Assembly: GCF_004010195.1 (NCBI RefSeq)
Contig: NC_057751.1
Span: forward strand, 1,463,167-1,527,166
DNA: 64,000 nt
From: Chiloscyllium plagiosum
Lineage: Eukaryota
Direction of reading: 5' to 3'
Each line of letters starts with the position of its first letter. Within the stretch, counting starts at the first letter, position 1. Positions 1 to 12,600 of this stretch are shown piece after piece. The notes beneath the pieces are model-generated. The model did no database searches. It was not told the origin of the DNA and saw only the letters and a program-made list of their open reading frames with translations. Made by a program: the position numbers and the translations under genes.

Positions 1-72
1 GAGATTGGGGGGGGGAGAAGAGAGATTGGGGGGGGGAAGAGAGAGATTGGGGGCAAGAGAGAGAGCGAGAGA
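1..72. repeat. G/A-rich tandem repeat (GAGATTG(G)nAAGAGA)
   Basis: Three imperfect copies visible. Confidence 0.7.
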
Positions 73-562
73 ACTCTCATTGTTCACATTGAGAAGCAGA
101 GTTTCTTCTCAAACCTAACCAGGCAGAGCTGGATTTGGAATAAATGCTGCTGACCACCCCCCCACCCCGTCTGCACTGTGGTGATGATCTCCCTGGAACA
201 CGCTGTTCAATCTCACCACTCAACATAACCTTCATGGATTCAGTGGAACCAAAGCCAAAGCCAAGCCCAGTGCATCATTCCTGAGCACCCCCAGAGTCAC
301 AGGAAGTGCTTTGATCCAACCTGGTGCACCATTGGGTAGCATCAGTAGCTCGACATTTGACCCAGGTATAGAGCACCCCAAGAGCAAACAGAGTGGAAGT
401 TTGGAAGTGATTCCAACAACACTAGCCTCCCCCCCAACAGAAACATTACTGCATTCCCCAGTCAGACTCAGGTCGTGACATCCAAACCCAACTGAGCTTC
501 CAGGAGATGATTAAACCTTGGGCTCTTACCTTTTAAATTCCTCAGTTTTTTACAAAAACCAT

Positions 563-607
563 TTATTTCTTGGCTGCTCCCTTTTTGACTTTGCTTGACT
601 CTTTTCC
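563..607 (-). CDS. NPM2: NPM2 last coding exon ([14 protein letters not shown])
   Basis: ctctag acceptor. 14 aa, same length and same ends as the Xenopus tail GKGAGRGRKPAAKK. TAA at 563-565; a further donor AAG|gtaaga follows position 530. Confidence 0.82.
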   Translation of the reverse strand, partial: GKESSKVKKGAAKK

Positions 608-3600
608 CTAGAGTAGGCAAAGAGGTTTTCAGTTGACAGTGCACCCATTTGCCCAGCAACAGTTCAGCTGATTTCCATGCAGACAAGGTCAAAGTAGTTC
701 ACATGGGCCCAATCTCCTGCCATTGACACTGCTGACTGTAACAGAATGGGGCCAAGCAGCAAGGAATCAGGGCTCCTTGATAAACCCTGAGTCAGTGGGG
801 TGGTCCATGCTCCTTGGGCCCCAGTGAGGAAGGCTGGTCTCAGGGCTGGCACCAGGGGCAGTGTGCACACAGATCAGGACAGTAACAGCTTGCTAATTGG
901 TTGGTGGAGTTGTGATGACATAGATGACAAGTCCTGTACCCCCTGCAGAGTGGGAAAGAGCCTGGAGCAGGAAAAACCTGGCCAAGAACAAGGATCAGCA
1001 GGAGGCTGCCATTCTGCCCCTCTAGGCGAGCCTGCTGGTTAACTCAATCATGGCTGATCTTAGCTCTACCTCAATTCCCTAACCCTTCACACAATCATCT
1101 GTCTCCTCCCTCAAACTCCACAGCCCAGCGTTCAGTCCTCTGGGCTCAGGAACAGATCGGTCATCCTTGGAGAGATGCCATTTGCCCCATTTTCAACCTC
1201 CTACCTGTTATTCTGGAAGGGTGATGTCTTGTTCCAGACAGTCCCATGTGGGGAAGGATCCTTGCCACATCTCCATCAATCACTTTTAGCAGCTCCAATC
1301 TCCAAGAGTGCTGGTCCATGCCAGAGTATAGGCTTTAGGCTCTAATGCTTCACTGCATCTTTCTTTACAAGAGAAGTCCCTCATCTCTGGGATCCACCAA
1401 GTGAGTCTCCTTCAACTGCCTCCAAAGACAAACACTTCACTCCTCAATTCAGGGACCAAAACCAGGCACAACCCTCCAGTTGCAGTCTTAGTAATGCCTT
1501 CTACAAATACGACATTTCCCAACTTCAATACTCTATTCCTAAACCAGGGCCAAAATTTCACTAGTCTTCCTTATTAACTCTCGCCCCACACACCACTTCC
1601 CTATCTATAGGCACAATGTTCAGATCCCTCTACCACGAACCAGAGCTTCCTCTGCATTTCAATCCCAAGTCACCTTGCTATTCCTGAGCAAAACACAACC
1701 TCACACTTGCAGCATTAAACCTTAGCTGCCCATTGTGGCCCATTCACCAAATCTAACCACAGGGCATCATGAAGGTGGTGTTGTGGAAAACATTAAGGTA
1801 GCTCAGTGCCCAAGGCTCGATGGGAATCTATCCCAGGATATTGAAAGGAGGAGCTGAGACCCTGGCTGATCTTGGGCACAGGAGAAGTCTCAACACTGGA
1901 GATGAGCCAATGACATTCCTTTGGTTAAAGGACAACAGGTATGACACAGGAAATTAAAGACCAATGAAGCTTAAATCAGCAGGGAAATGATTGGAGACAA
2001 ATCTGAGGGACAGCATTTCATGACATTACTCCTGATAGGAAGCATGGCTTTGTGCAAGGGAGGTGTCCATGAGTTTTCTCAGGAGGATGACGACTGATCA
2101 GGGTAGAACCATGGATATAGTCACCAATTTGACTCAAACATCTGACATGGTGCCCCACAGTATGCTGGTTCAGATTTAGTTACTTGGGATCCATAGTGAG
2201 TTGGTAATTTGGATATAAAATTGGTTTAGTCAGAGGAAATAGAAGGGAGCTGTCGAGGGGTGTCCTTCCAACTAAGGTTTGTGGTCAATGATCTTCCATC
2301 AGGATCAGTACTGCACTCCTTGGTTTGTTAGCAGTCAGTGATACAGATGAAAATCGAGGTGGTCTAATTCCAAGTTGAGATAAAAATTGGTGTGAATTGG
2401 GTATAGTAAGGAAGGCCATTTAAGGCAATAGCAAGTTTTTTTTTATTCATTTATGGGACAAGTGTGTTGGCTGGGCCAGCATTTATTATCCCATCCCTAG
2501 TTGCCCCTTGAGAAGGTGGGGGGTGAGCTGCCTTCTTGAACCGCTGCAGTCCATGTGCTGTGGGTTTACCCAGAATGCCCTTAGTGTGGGAATTCCAGGA
2601 TTCGGGCCCAGCAGCAGCGAAGGAACAGTGGTACATTTCCAGGTCAGGATGTGTGGCTTGGAGGGGAATGAGTGGGGGTGGTGCTCCCATGTATCTCCTG
2701 CCCTTGCCCTTCTAGATGGAAGTGGTCATGCTTTTGGGAGGTGCTGTCTGACCATCTTTGATTTCCTGCAGTGCAACTTGTGGGTGGTACACTGTGGTGG
2801 ATGGACTGGATGCTGGTGGATACGGTGCCAAACAGGCTCTTTCATTCTAGATGGTGTCAAGCTTCCGGTGTTGTTGGAACTGCACCCATCCAGGCAAGTA
2901 GGAGTATTCCATCACACTCCTGACCTGGGCCTTGTAGATGGTGAACAGGTTTTTGGGAGACAGGTGGTGTGTTACTCACGGCAGGATTTCCAACATTTGA
3001 CTTATACTAAAACAAATCTGTTCACTTTCTGGTCAATGCTATCCCCCATGATGCTCGGGCAGGGGAGGGGGTGGTGGGGGTGGGGCGGGGGGGGGGTGGA
3101 GAGGATGGAGGGAGTTCAGTAATGGTAATAACATTAAAGGTCAAGGGGGGAGTGGTTAGATTGTCTGTGAGATGATGGTCATAACAGGGCATTTGTGTGG
3201 CGCTCATGTTACTTGCCACCTGTCAGCCCAAGCCTGGATATTGTCCAAATCTTGATCCATTTCCACATGGTTTGTTCATTAACTGAAGACCTGCAAATGG
3301 TGCTGAACATAATGCAGTCAGTGAACATCCCACTTCTGTCCTTATGGAGGGAAGGTCACTGATGAAGCAGGGTTGTGTGCGGGGGATATTATCCTGAGGA
3401 GCTCCCAGATTTGCCCTGGATCTGAGATGACTAACTGATGACTATAGCCATCTTCCCATGTGTTAGGTCTGCCCAATACCCATTGATTCCAGTTTTGCCA
3501 GGGCTCCTTGATGGCACACTTGGCCGAATGCAGCCTTGATGTCAAGGGCTGTCCCTCTCCTCTCCCCTCCCCTCCCCTCCGGAATTCAGCTCTTCCGTCC

Positions 3601-6600
3601 ATGTTTGAACTAAGGCTGGAGTGAGATCGGGAGCCCCAACGGAGTGTCACTGAACAGGTTTTGAGAGATAGTTCTGTTCCATTAGTGGAAAAGTTAGACA
3701 GAGATAATGGCAGATGGACAAATGAGGTGATGTATTTTGGGAGGTTAAATCCAAGGGAAAAGTAGGCAGGAAATGGCAGGACCCTTTCAAGTATCAATAA
3801 AGAGGGATCTTGGGAAGCAAGTCCATAACTCCCTGAGAGTGGCAACTCAAGTGGGGAGAAAGCTGGTGTAGCGAGTATACAACATGCTCCACCAGTCAGG
3901 GCAGTGTCTCCCCAAGTTGGCAAGTCATGTTGGAGTTGGAGAAAACTTGCCTGAGGCTAAAAACCACAACACCAGGTTATAGTCCAACAGGTTTAATTGG
4001 AAGCACACCATTTTCCTCAGCTGTATTTGCAGGTTTGAGTGTGGTCTGGACTACACTAAAGCAGGCTTGGAAATGGTGCCAAGTCAGACAACTCCAGCAG
4101 AGAGTCAACAGGTTTATTTAAAATTACAAGCTCCCAGAGCGTTGCTCCTTCACCTCACGAAGGAATAATGCTCTGGAACCTTGCATTTTCTAATAAACCT
4201 GCTGGACTATAATCTAGCATGCTATGGTTTTTTTTACCTTGTGTTGGTAAGGCAGTCCTCTGACCCCTCTGATCCAGAAACTCTGACCTTGCCTTTGGGT
4301 GAACCTTCACTGGGCATCCAAAACACCTTCCAAAAATCCAGATATTCTGCATCTGCATCTTTCCCATTGGCTTGTTACATCTTCAAAGAGCTAAAATTGA
4401 ATCTAACGGATTTACCCTTCCGAAAACCAAGCTTACCGATGGATTGTGTTGACTTCACAAATGTCCTGTTACACGCTTCATAAAGGATTCTAACCATTTC
4501 CTATAGATAGGAAACTAACTGGTCTGTAGCTTCCTATTGACTGCCTCCCTTCCTGGTCAAATACATGAGCCTTCACTTTACTCAGGGACTTGGAAAATAT
4601 TACCATCAGTGGATCCATTACCATATCTTCAAGGGCCTGGGGTCCTGTCTGCTCAGTAAATGTCCCTCAGCGTATGATTGCTGGAATAAAAAAAAATCAC
4701 TACTGTGCTGAAGAAAGCTCAATCCATGGGGCCCACACTGACCCCCGAGGAGCACCCCATCCTCCTACCCTATCCCCATAACCCTGCACTTTCCGTGGCC
4801 AATCGACCTCACCTACACCCCTTTGGACTGTGGGAGGAAACCCACGTTGACAAAGTATGTGCAAACTCCACACAGACAGTCGCTCGAGGCTGGAATCGAA
4901 CCTGGGTCCCCAGTGCTGTGAGGGAGCAGTGCTTATCACAGCCACAAATTCAGACACGTTGCTTCCTATTACCACTGCATTAGCTGTTATCATTGCAACA
5001 GAATCAGACATGTAAACAGACCCTTTGTATTGACCAGGTTTCCTGAACTAGTCCCATTTGCCTGCATTTGGCAAAAATCCTTCGAAATCTCGGCTGCTCA
5101 TTTACCATGTTCATGTCATGGAAATGTTGGAGCATCAAGCACTTCCTTTGACAGCTCACTCCACAGGAACCACTGAAAAAATTACCCCTTCAGTCCTTTT
5201 ACCAGACTTTCTGGTCTCCCCTTAACCCCACGCCTTGTTGTTTTGGAGTCTCCGACCTGGAGATGGTATCTGCATCTTCCACCAAAATCTGAAGCTGCAT
5301 GTTTAGTCTCTCCACCAACCATTAGCTCCAGAGTCTCATCTGACACCAGTGTTCACTTCAGCTGTACCAGGCCCTTACATATACTGAGACAATCTTTCAT
5401 TGTCTGTTGAGATATTTCACATGAGATTTCTGAGAGAATTTCCCTTGGTTGGATGCAGTCAGGAACACTTTCCAAGTTGGCCAGTCTCCTCATCTCTGCA
5501 CTAACAAGCCTTGGAATTATTAGCTAGCATCTTGAGCTTGCTTTGTGCCCTCCCCACGGTCAGTATCGTTCCGGAAAAGTCAGTTGGTCACGTGCCATTA
5601 TCAGCACACTGTCAGGCCAGAGTCTCTCTGCAAGGAAGTAATGTTCTGCTGTGCCTTTTTGTCCCTGACAACAGAAGGGTGGGAGCAGACAGCTCACAGA
5701 GATTGATCCAGCAGCCGGAGAACAGGAATACAGAGGCCAAGTGCTGGAGTGGACCAGCAGATTCCCAGAGGTCCATCTGAAAGCTGCACCAGAGGAGATA
5801 CCCAAGCTGAACGTGCTCTGTCACCACCTTCTGCACTGCGTCTCAGTAAAACAGGAAATTGGCTATGCTAATTGTCCGTTGCACTCAAGGTGGGCTAGCC
5901 GTGGGAAATAACAGGATTACAGGCGGGTCTGCACAAGGTCAGTATGGACTTAATGGGCCAAATGGCCTACTTCCATATAGCAAGATGTGGGTGAGCATCA
6001 CAGCCTTCAAAACTAAAGCGCAAGGACTCCGTATCGGCCCAGCGTGTGTGCTGACTACAAGTCTCACCATCAAATAAAGCTCTTGTAAAGGGAGACAATA
6101 AGTGACATTGTCTAACGCCACATCCCCTTTCACAAGAAGACTCCAAGTTGCAACTGGGAGCTCAGTCTTTCAGAGTTAGATCAAAGAGCACTTTGGGGAA
6201 CATGGTGGCTTAGTGGTTAGCACTGCTGCCTCAGTGCCAGGAGCCCAGGGTCAATTCCAGCCTCAGGTAGCCGTGGAGTTTGCACACTCTCCCCATGTCT
6301 GTGTGGATTTGCTCCGGTTTCCTCCCAGAGTCCAAAGATAAGCAGCTTAGTCAAGTGAACTGGCTGTGCTAAGTGCTAAATTGCCCATAGTGTAGGTTAT
6401 CGGTTAGGGGTAAATATAGGGTAGGGGAATGGGTCCAGGTGGGTTTCTCTTTGGAAGGCCAGTGCAGACTTGTTGGGCCGAAGGGCCTGTTTCACTCTAT
6501 AGGGATTCTAATTCTAATTCACACCAAAGGGAGTCACAATCTGGAAGTCTCAGCCTGAAAACAGGAGCCAGCTTGGTTCATGTACTGTTACTGTCCAACC

Positions 6601-9600
6601 AGGGGTACAGTGTGATACACCAACCTCGAGGTCAGTAACAGCCCAAACCAGTGACACTTCCTCAAGCAGACACACTCCTTCAAAGCTTGTTCCTTCAGCT
6701 GTGGCCACAGCTAACACTGATCCTCTACTTCAACATCTGGATGAACTTCCGGAAGGTTCCTTGCTCCTTCCTGGGCTGCGCCATATCCAGCTCCTGCAAT
6801 TCTCTCTCTCCTGCCTCTCAAATGTGTTCAGCCTTTAGACCAAATGGACAGGGAATTCAGAAGGCAGACAGAAAGAGTTGTTAAATTAGACCGTTCTTGT
6901 TTAAGTAAACAAGTTTCCGACTCACCACACTTTCTATCATGATCAACATCCTTGTGTAAACCCAGCCTCCTTTTATTCACTCTGCGTCTGATTTTCAACT
7001 CAAAACATGCCTCAAGGCAAGTGACAGAGCCCTCCATGTATCCAAGGCCAACAGTCAACAGACTGACTGAAGCAGGGTCATGCCATACTCCTTTCCCAGC
7101 GTTGCCCACTGGACCTGAAAAGTCTTGATTGTGCCAGTCAGTACAAAGCATGGAAAGAGGGACAGGCAGGCAGGAACCACCACCCCTACAGCCTGCTGCC
7201 TTGACCTGTCAATGGTCACTTGAGCCAAGCCTAGGAGCAGGGCCACAGGGTGGGTGGAGCTCAGGAGCCCCACCCCTTGCCCTGTGAACCCACTGCTAGC
7301 ACACTCCAGGACATGCACTGGGATCACACAGTGTGTACTCCCTCACCTCAGTGAGGCAATGCAGCTCATATAACAATTGTCCTTTGATTTTTCCTATCCA
7401 GCCCCTCTGCAAAGAGGGGTTGTAAAAGACAGAGGTTGCGATTTGTCTGAGCTTACAGACTTTGCTTTGGGGAATACCTGTCAGTCATTAGCAACAATCA
7501 AGAAAAGGCTTCAGTTGTTTTCACAGTTGTACGACAGGAGAGTGGCCAGTTCTCCCAGTTTGGATCTTTCTCTGTTTTTATAGTTTTGGGTTAAGCAAGC
7601 AGTCTAGTGTAAGCTGTTGGGAAAGGTTCCCTGATGTAATAGATGTTTCTGTCTGACTGACCGCACTCCTGTAAGAAGGTGGGTTTGACTTTACCTTTCT
7701 CATGAAGTGGCTGTTTATGGAGATGTTGCAAATATTTGGAACGTCATCCAAAGTTGTGATAGAGTGCACTGGCTTTTTAACAGGTAAAGTTACTCTAAAC
7801 TCAATTCTCTCTGGCTTGTCTTTCATTCAGTACTCTCAAATGTTTGGTTTAAAACAGGGTGGTTGAACCAACTGCATCCCTCCTGGAATACCCACCTTAC
7901 TCCTGCCAAAAACAAGCAGCAAAGGGAGGGTCTGGGCTACCTTGTTGAAATGTATTAAGGAGGGGGCAGGGGGGTCTGGCCTGGTCCGGTCCATCACAGA
8001 AGCCATTGGGTTTCATTTGGGTTCTCTGCTGGTTCAGGCAGCTCCCTTAGGGGTACGTGCTGCAGAGGTTGCAGACAGAAATGGAGATGGCCAAGGCTGG
8101 GATTTTGAACCGTCACTGTGGAGTGCCTCACACAACAGAAACATCTCTCAATACGGTGGGCAGAGCAGACAGGCTAACAGCTCACCTCCACATCAACACA
8201 CCCCTATCCCACAGAGGCCACAGTCACAACTGGGAAAACCCACCACTTGGGATAATAAGCAAACACTTTCACAAAGCACACTTCCATGACCAGATTGCAA
8301 CTTTAGACAGAGTTAAACAGAAGCCTACCTTTTTCACAGGCTGTTCCTCACCAGATTCCTCTCTGCAAATAAAGTCACCAATCAACATGGACTGACCGCT
8401 GCTGATGGTCAAGTGCCTGAGGATGTTAACTGAATAGGTACTTACTCCGACTTGTCAGCGTCGACCCTCTTCTTCTGAAAGGGACAAGGAAAGGGAAGCA
8501 GCTCAGCGACACGGACACAGTGACCCCCCCGACAACACCACTGCCCCCCCACACCGCGACACACNNNNNNNNNNNNNNNNNNNNNNNNNNNNNNNNNNNN
8601 NNNNNNNNNNNNNNNNNNNNNNNNNNNNNNNNNNNNNNNNNNNNNNNNNNNNNNNNNNNNNNNNNNNNNNNNNNNNNNNNNNNNNNNNNNNNNNNNNNNN
8701 NNNNNNNNNNNNNNNNNNNNNNNNNNNNNNNNNNNNNNNNNNNNNNNNNNNNNNNNNNNNNNNNNNNNNNNNNNNNNNNNNNNNNNNNNNNNNNNNNNNN
8801 NNNNNNNNNNNNNNNNNNNNNCCCCACACCACGACTCAGCCACCTTGGCAAGTCCTGCTTTTTTGGTGGATGCAGCCCTTTTCACTGGTTTTGGGGGTGT
8901 TTCCACTTCCTCCTCTTCCTGCTCCTCCTCCTCTTCCTCCTCCTGTTCTTCCTCCTCACCCCATGGATAATCCTCTACTAGAGAGAAAGAGAGAGAACAG
9001 ACAGTTCAAATAGCCTTGTCCTGATTGAGCATCCGTTCCTGTCATTGGATCATGTATCAGGGGCCAGTGTGTCAGCTCCTATAACCCACCTGGTAACAAG
9101 TTTACTCAGTGACTCAAAACAAAAGGAACAGGAGCTGGGAAGTGATGACAACATGGAGAGACTTTCTCAGGTCATATACTGGCAGCTTCATGCTGAACAC
9201 TGTCCCCCAGTAGGTGCAGGGTCAGGTATGGCCAGGGCTGGTGATGCTCAGACTCTCCCCCACACAGCCCACTGCCAACCTGAACTTATAATACCTGCCA
9301 CATGACAAGGCTGTTTCCCCTCTCCTGTGGGATGTGGGTGTCACTGGCTGGGGCCAGTATTTATCACCCTGTCTCAAGTTGCCCCGTGAGCCACTGCAGT
9401 CCATGTGCTGTGGGTTGACCCACAATGCCTTAGAGGGAATTCCAGGATTCTGACCCAGTGACAGTGAAGGAATGGCGATATATTTACAAGTAAGGATGGT
9501 GAGTAGCTGGGAGGGGAACTGGTATGGGGGTGACGTTCCCATGTGTATGCTGCCCTTGTCCTTCTAGATAGAAGAGGTCATGGGTTTGGAATGTATTGTC

Positions 9601-12600
9601 TGAGGCTCTTTGGCGAATTTCTGCAGTTCAGCTTGTAGAGAGTCCACATTGCTGCTATTGAGCACCAGTGGAGGAGGGAGTAAATGCTTGTGGATGTGGT
9701 ACAAGTCAAACAGGGACAGATTTGTCCAGGATGGTGTCAAGCCTCGAGTGTTGTTGGAGCTGCATCCATACAGGCAAGTGGGGAATACTCTATCACCCTC
9801 CTGATGCGTTAATCCCATCAACAAAGCACCATATGGGAAATCTGAATTGGAAATCAGGAATAGTGAAAATATTCAGATCAGACAGCATTTCATAGAAACA
9901 TAGAACATAGAAGAATACAGCGCAGTACAGGCCCTTCGGCCCTCGATGTTGCGCTGATCCAAGCCCACCTAACCTATACTAACCCACTATCCTCCATATA
10001 CCTATCCAATGCCCGCTTAAATGCCCATAATGAGGGGAGAGTCCACCACTGCTACTGGCAGGGCATTCCATGAACTCACTGCTCCAGGAAAAACAGCCCC
10101 AGCCTTTTCAGCCTCTCCCTGTAGCTCAAATCCTCCAACCCTGGCAACATCCTGGTAAACCTCCTCTGCACCCGTTCCAATGTCTCCCCATCCTTCCTAT
10201 AGTATGGCGACCAAAACTGCACACAATATTCCAGATGCGGCCGTACCAGAGTCTTATACAACTGCAACATGACCTCAGGGCTCCGGAACTCAGTTCCTCT
10301 ACCAATAAATGCCAGTACGCCATATGCCTTCTTCACCGCACTATTTACCTGGGTGGCAACTTTCAAAGATCTGTGTACATGGATACCAAGATCCCTCTGC
10401 TCATCCACACTACCAAGTATCCGACCATTAGCCCAGTACCCCATCTTCTTGTTACTCTTACCAAAGTGAATCACCTCACACTTAGCTACATTGAACTGCA
10501 TCCCTGAGTAAGGAACAGTTAACATGGAGTCCAGGGACTGTTCTTCAGAACAAAGCTCCAAACATTAACTCTGCTTCTCTCCACAGATGCTGCCAGAGCC
10601 ACAGTTTCTCCAGCAATTTCAGTTTTTGCTTCCTAACTGGATCTTTGATCTTGGTTTTCTGTTAATGCCAATGTGAACTGTTGCTCACTCCACAGTTGCT
10701 GTCTGATTTCAGGAGGATTTTGTACAAATAGCAAGCCTCATCCCTCCCTTGATCAGGGACTTTGCTTTTGACTTGTGTAGCCTGTAGCCATTGGCTGACT
10801 AGTTGCCCTTGACTGCCATGTCTAGCCCAGCCATTTGAAGGTCAAGGAAAGCCACCATCACTGCTATGGGTCACAGATTTGCAGTTACTCCAGACCAGGC
10901 AACTAAGGTGGCTTCCGCTGCAGCCAAAGGGCACGTTTGAAGTTAATGGCTCCTTTGTGATAATTGACAGTCACTACATGGTCAGAATTCAAATAGGTTT
11001 CCCTTGCTAACTCCCCCAGACAGATCATGCTGGCTGGATATGTTCAATTGGTTCAACTATTGATGGTCACCAACTCAGAGATGAACAACTGAAGGAGAGA
11101 ATGAACAGAGAAAGCAGAGTGCAGAAGAACCAGCTCTGAGACAGAGTGAGAACAGAGTGTCAGAGGCTGACTGGGATACTTACAGACCATGTTCTGTCCT
11201 GTGACATAGACAGGCCCTGATCCATTCCTCAGTCTGAAGGTAACAGGGGGAGTCAGCTCAATACCACAGATGGTGGTCTAGGAAGGAATAAAAATGGAGC
11301 AAATGGCATAGTTACTCTGTGTAAAGAGACACTCGGGAAAACCCAGCCAGACAAACACAAAGTAAACACAAGTTAGGGAGCATAGCAAGGCAAAACTGCA
11401 GCATTGTTCAAGGGGGAACTGTGTGCATACACAGGCTCCAATAAGTGAGGAACTCCATGACTAACCATTGGTAAGATGGACAGCTGCAAGGTCGCAATAG
11501 GAATGGGTGCACTCTCATCCTCTGGTACTATTTCCACAATGTTCACTTCATCCTTTGCACCGACACCCAAACATATCTACAAGTTAAACAGACACAGCCT
11601 TAAACAGGGATGCAGAACAATACTCAAGCTAACGCAGAAGGTAAACCACATGTACATGGGGTGGGTGAAACTGAAGGGAAATATATTGAAGGATTTGCCT
11701 GGCTTCCATCAGCTTTTCTGTGTGCTTATTTCACATGATAGCAACACCTGCTAGAGTCAGTCCCAAATTCCTTGAGTTGCTAAGTTGAAGACTCAATTCA
11801 ACAACTCCGAGGCAACTCCTTGCGTGGTGTCCCAAATGGAAAGTTCGCTCATGCTAAACCCTGGAAGCCTCAGGTCACACTGACTCTGGTTGTGAGAACA
11901 CTGGACCAGGGCCTTAGATATCCTGACAGATCCATTTGACCACAAGCATTTGTTCACTTGCGTGATAGTTGTGGTGATGCTGAGCTGTTGACCATTTTGT
12001 TACCCTGCAGAACATGACAATCTATCACCGCCTCAAGCCTCACACACCCCAACATCATTCAGTAAACTGGGCCAGATTATGACACTAACCCTTCAAATTC
12101 CAACACAGCAGACCCTCGATCAATGGGATCTGCCTGGTTTGTACAGCTCAACTCCTATCCAATCACAATGTCAGCAGGAGTCAAGACTCAACATGGCCAA
12201 ACAATCCCAAACTAAGCTAACCCAACCTGCCTGAACTTGGCCCATATCCCTCCAATGTTCCTTATCCATGCACTTGTCCAACTGTCTTCCAAACATGAAC
12301 TGTCCAGACATCCACCACCACCTCTGCAAATGGGTCCCACACACAAAACACTTGACAAGAATTTGTCTCCATGTCTTCACAATCTTCAGCAAAATGCCAC
12401 CAAATGTTGAACTTCACCCTCAGCCAAGGAAACATACCCTTCACCTCGTCTAGAACCCTCATCCTTGTATAACCTTTGAAGGTCACCCCTCAACCTCCTA
12501 GACTAGTGAATGAAATCAGCCTCTCCCTACATCACAAACCCTCCACATTCAACAAGACTTCGGTAAAACTCTGAACCCTCTCCAATTTAATAATATCCTT

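Noticed and set aside
6197-6270. tRNA-like sequence
   Set aside because: It is the head of an HE1 SINE, not a tRNA gene.
6540-6900. Coding-looking coiled-coil fragment on the minus strand
   Set aside because: Interrupted by stops; cannot be assigned and may be an old transposon ORF1 remnant.
7261-7281. GKGWGS* as a possible NPM2 last exon
   Set aside because: Weak acceptor context; 563-607 matches the nucleoplasmin tail in length and at both ends.
7578-7826. 82-aa ORF in the NPM2 intron
   Set aside because: Lies in the probable solo LTR; no homology recognised.
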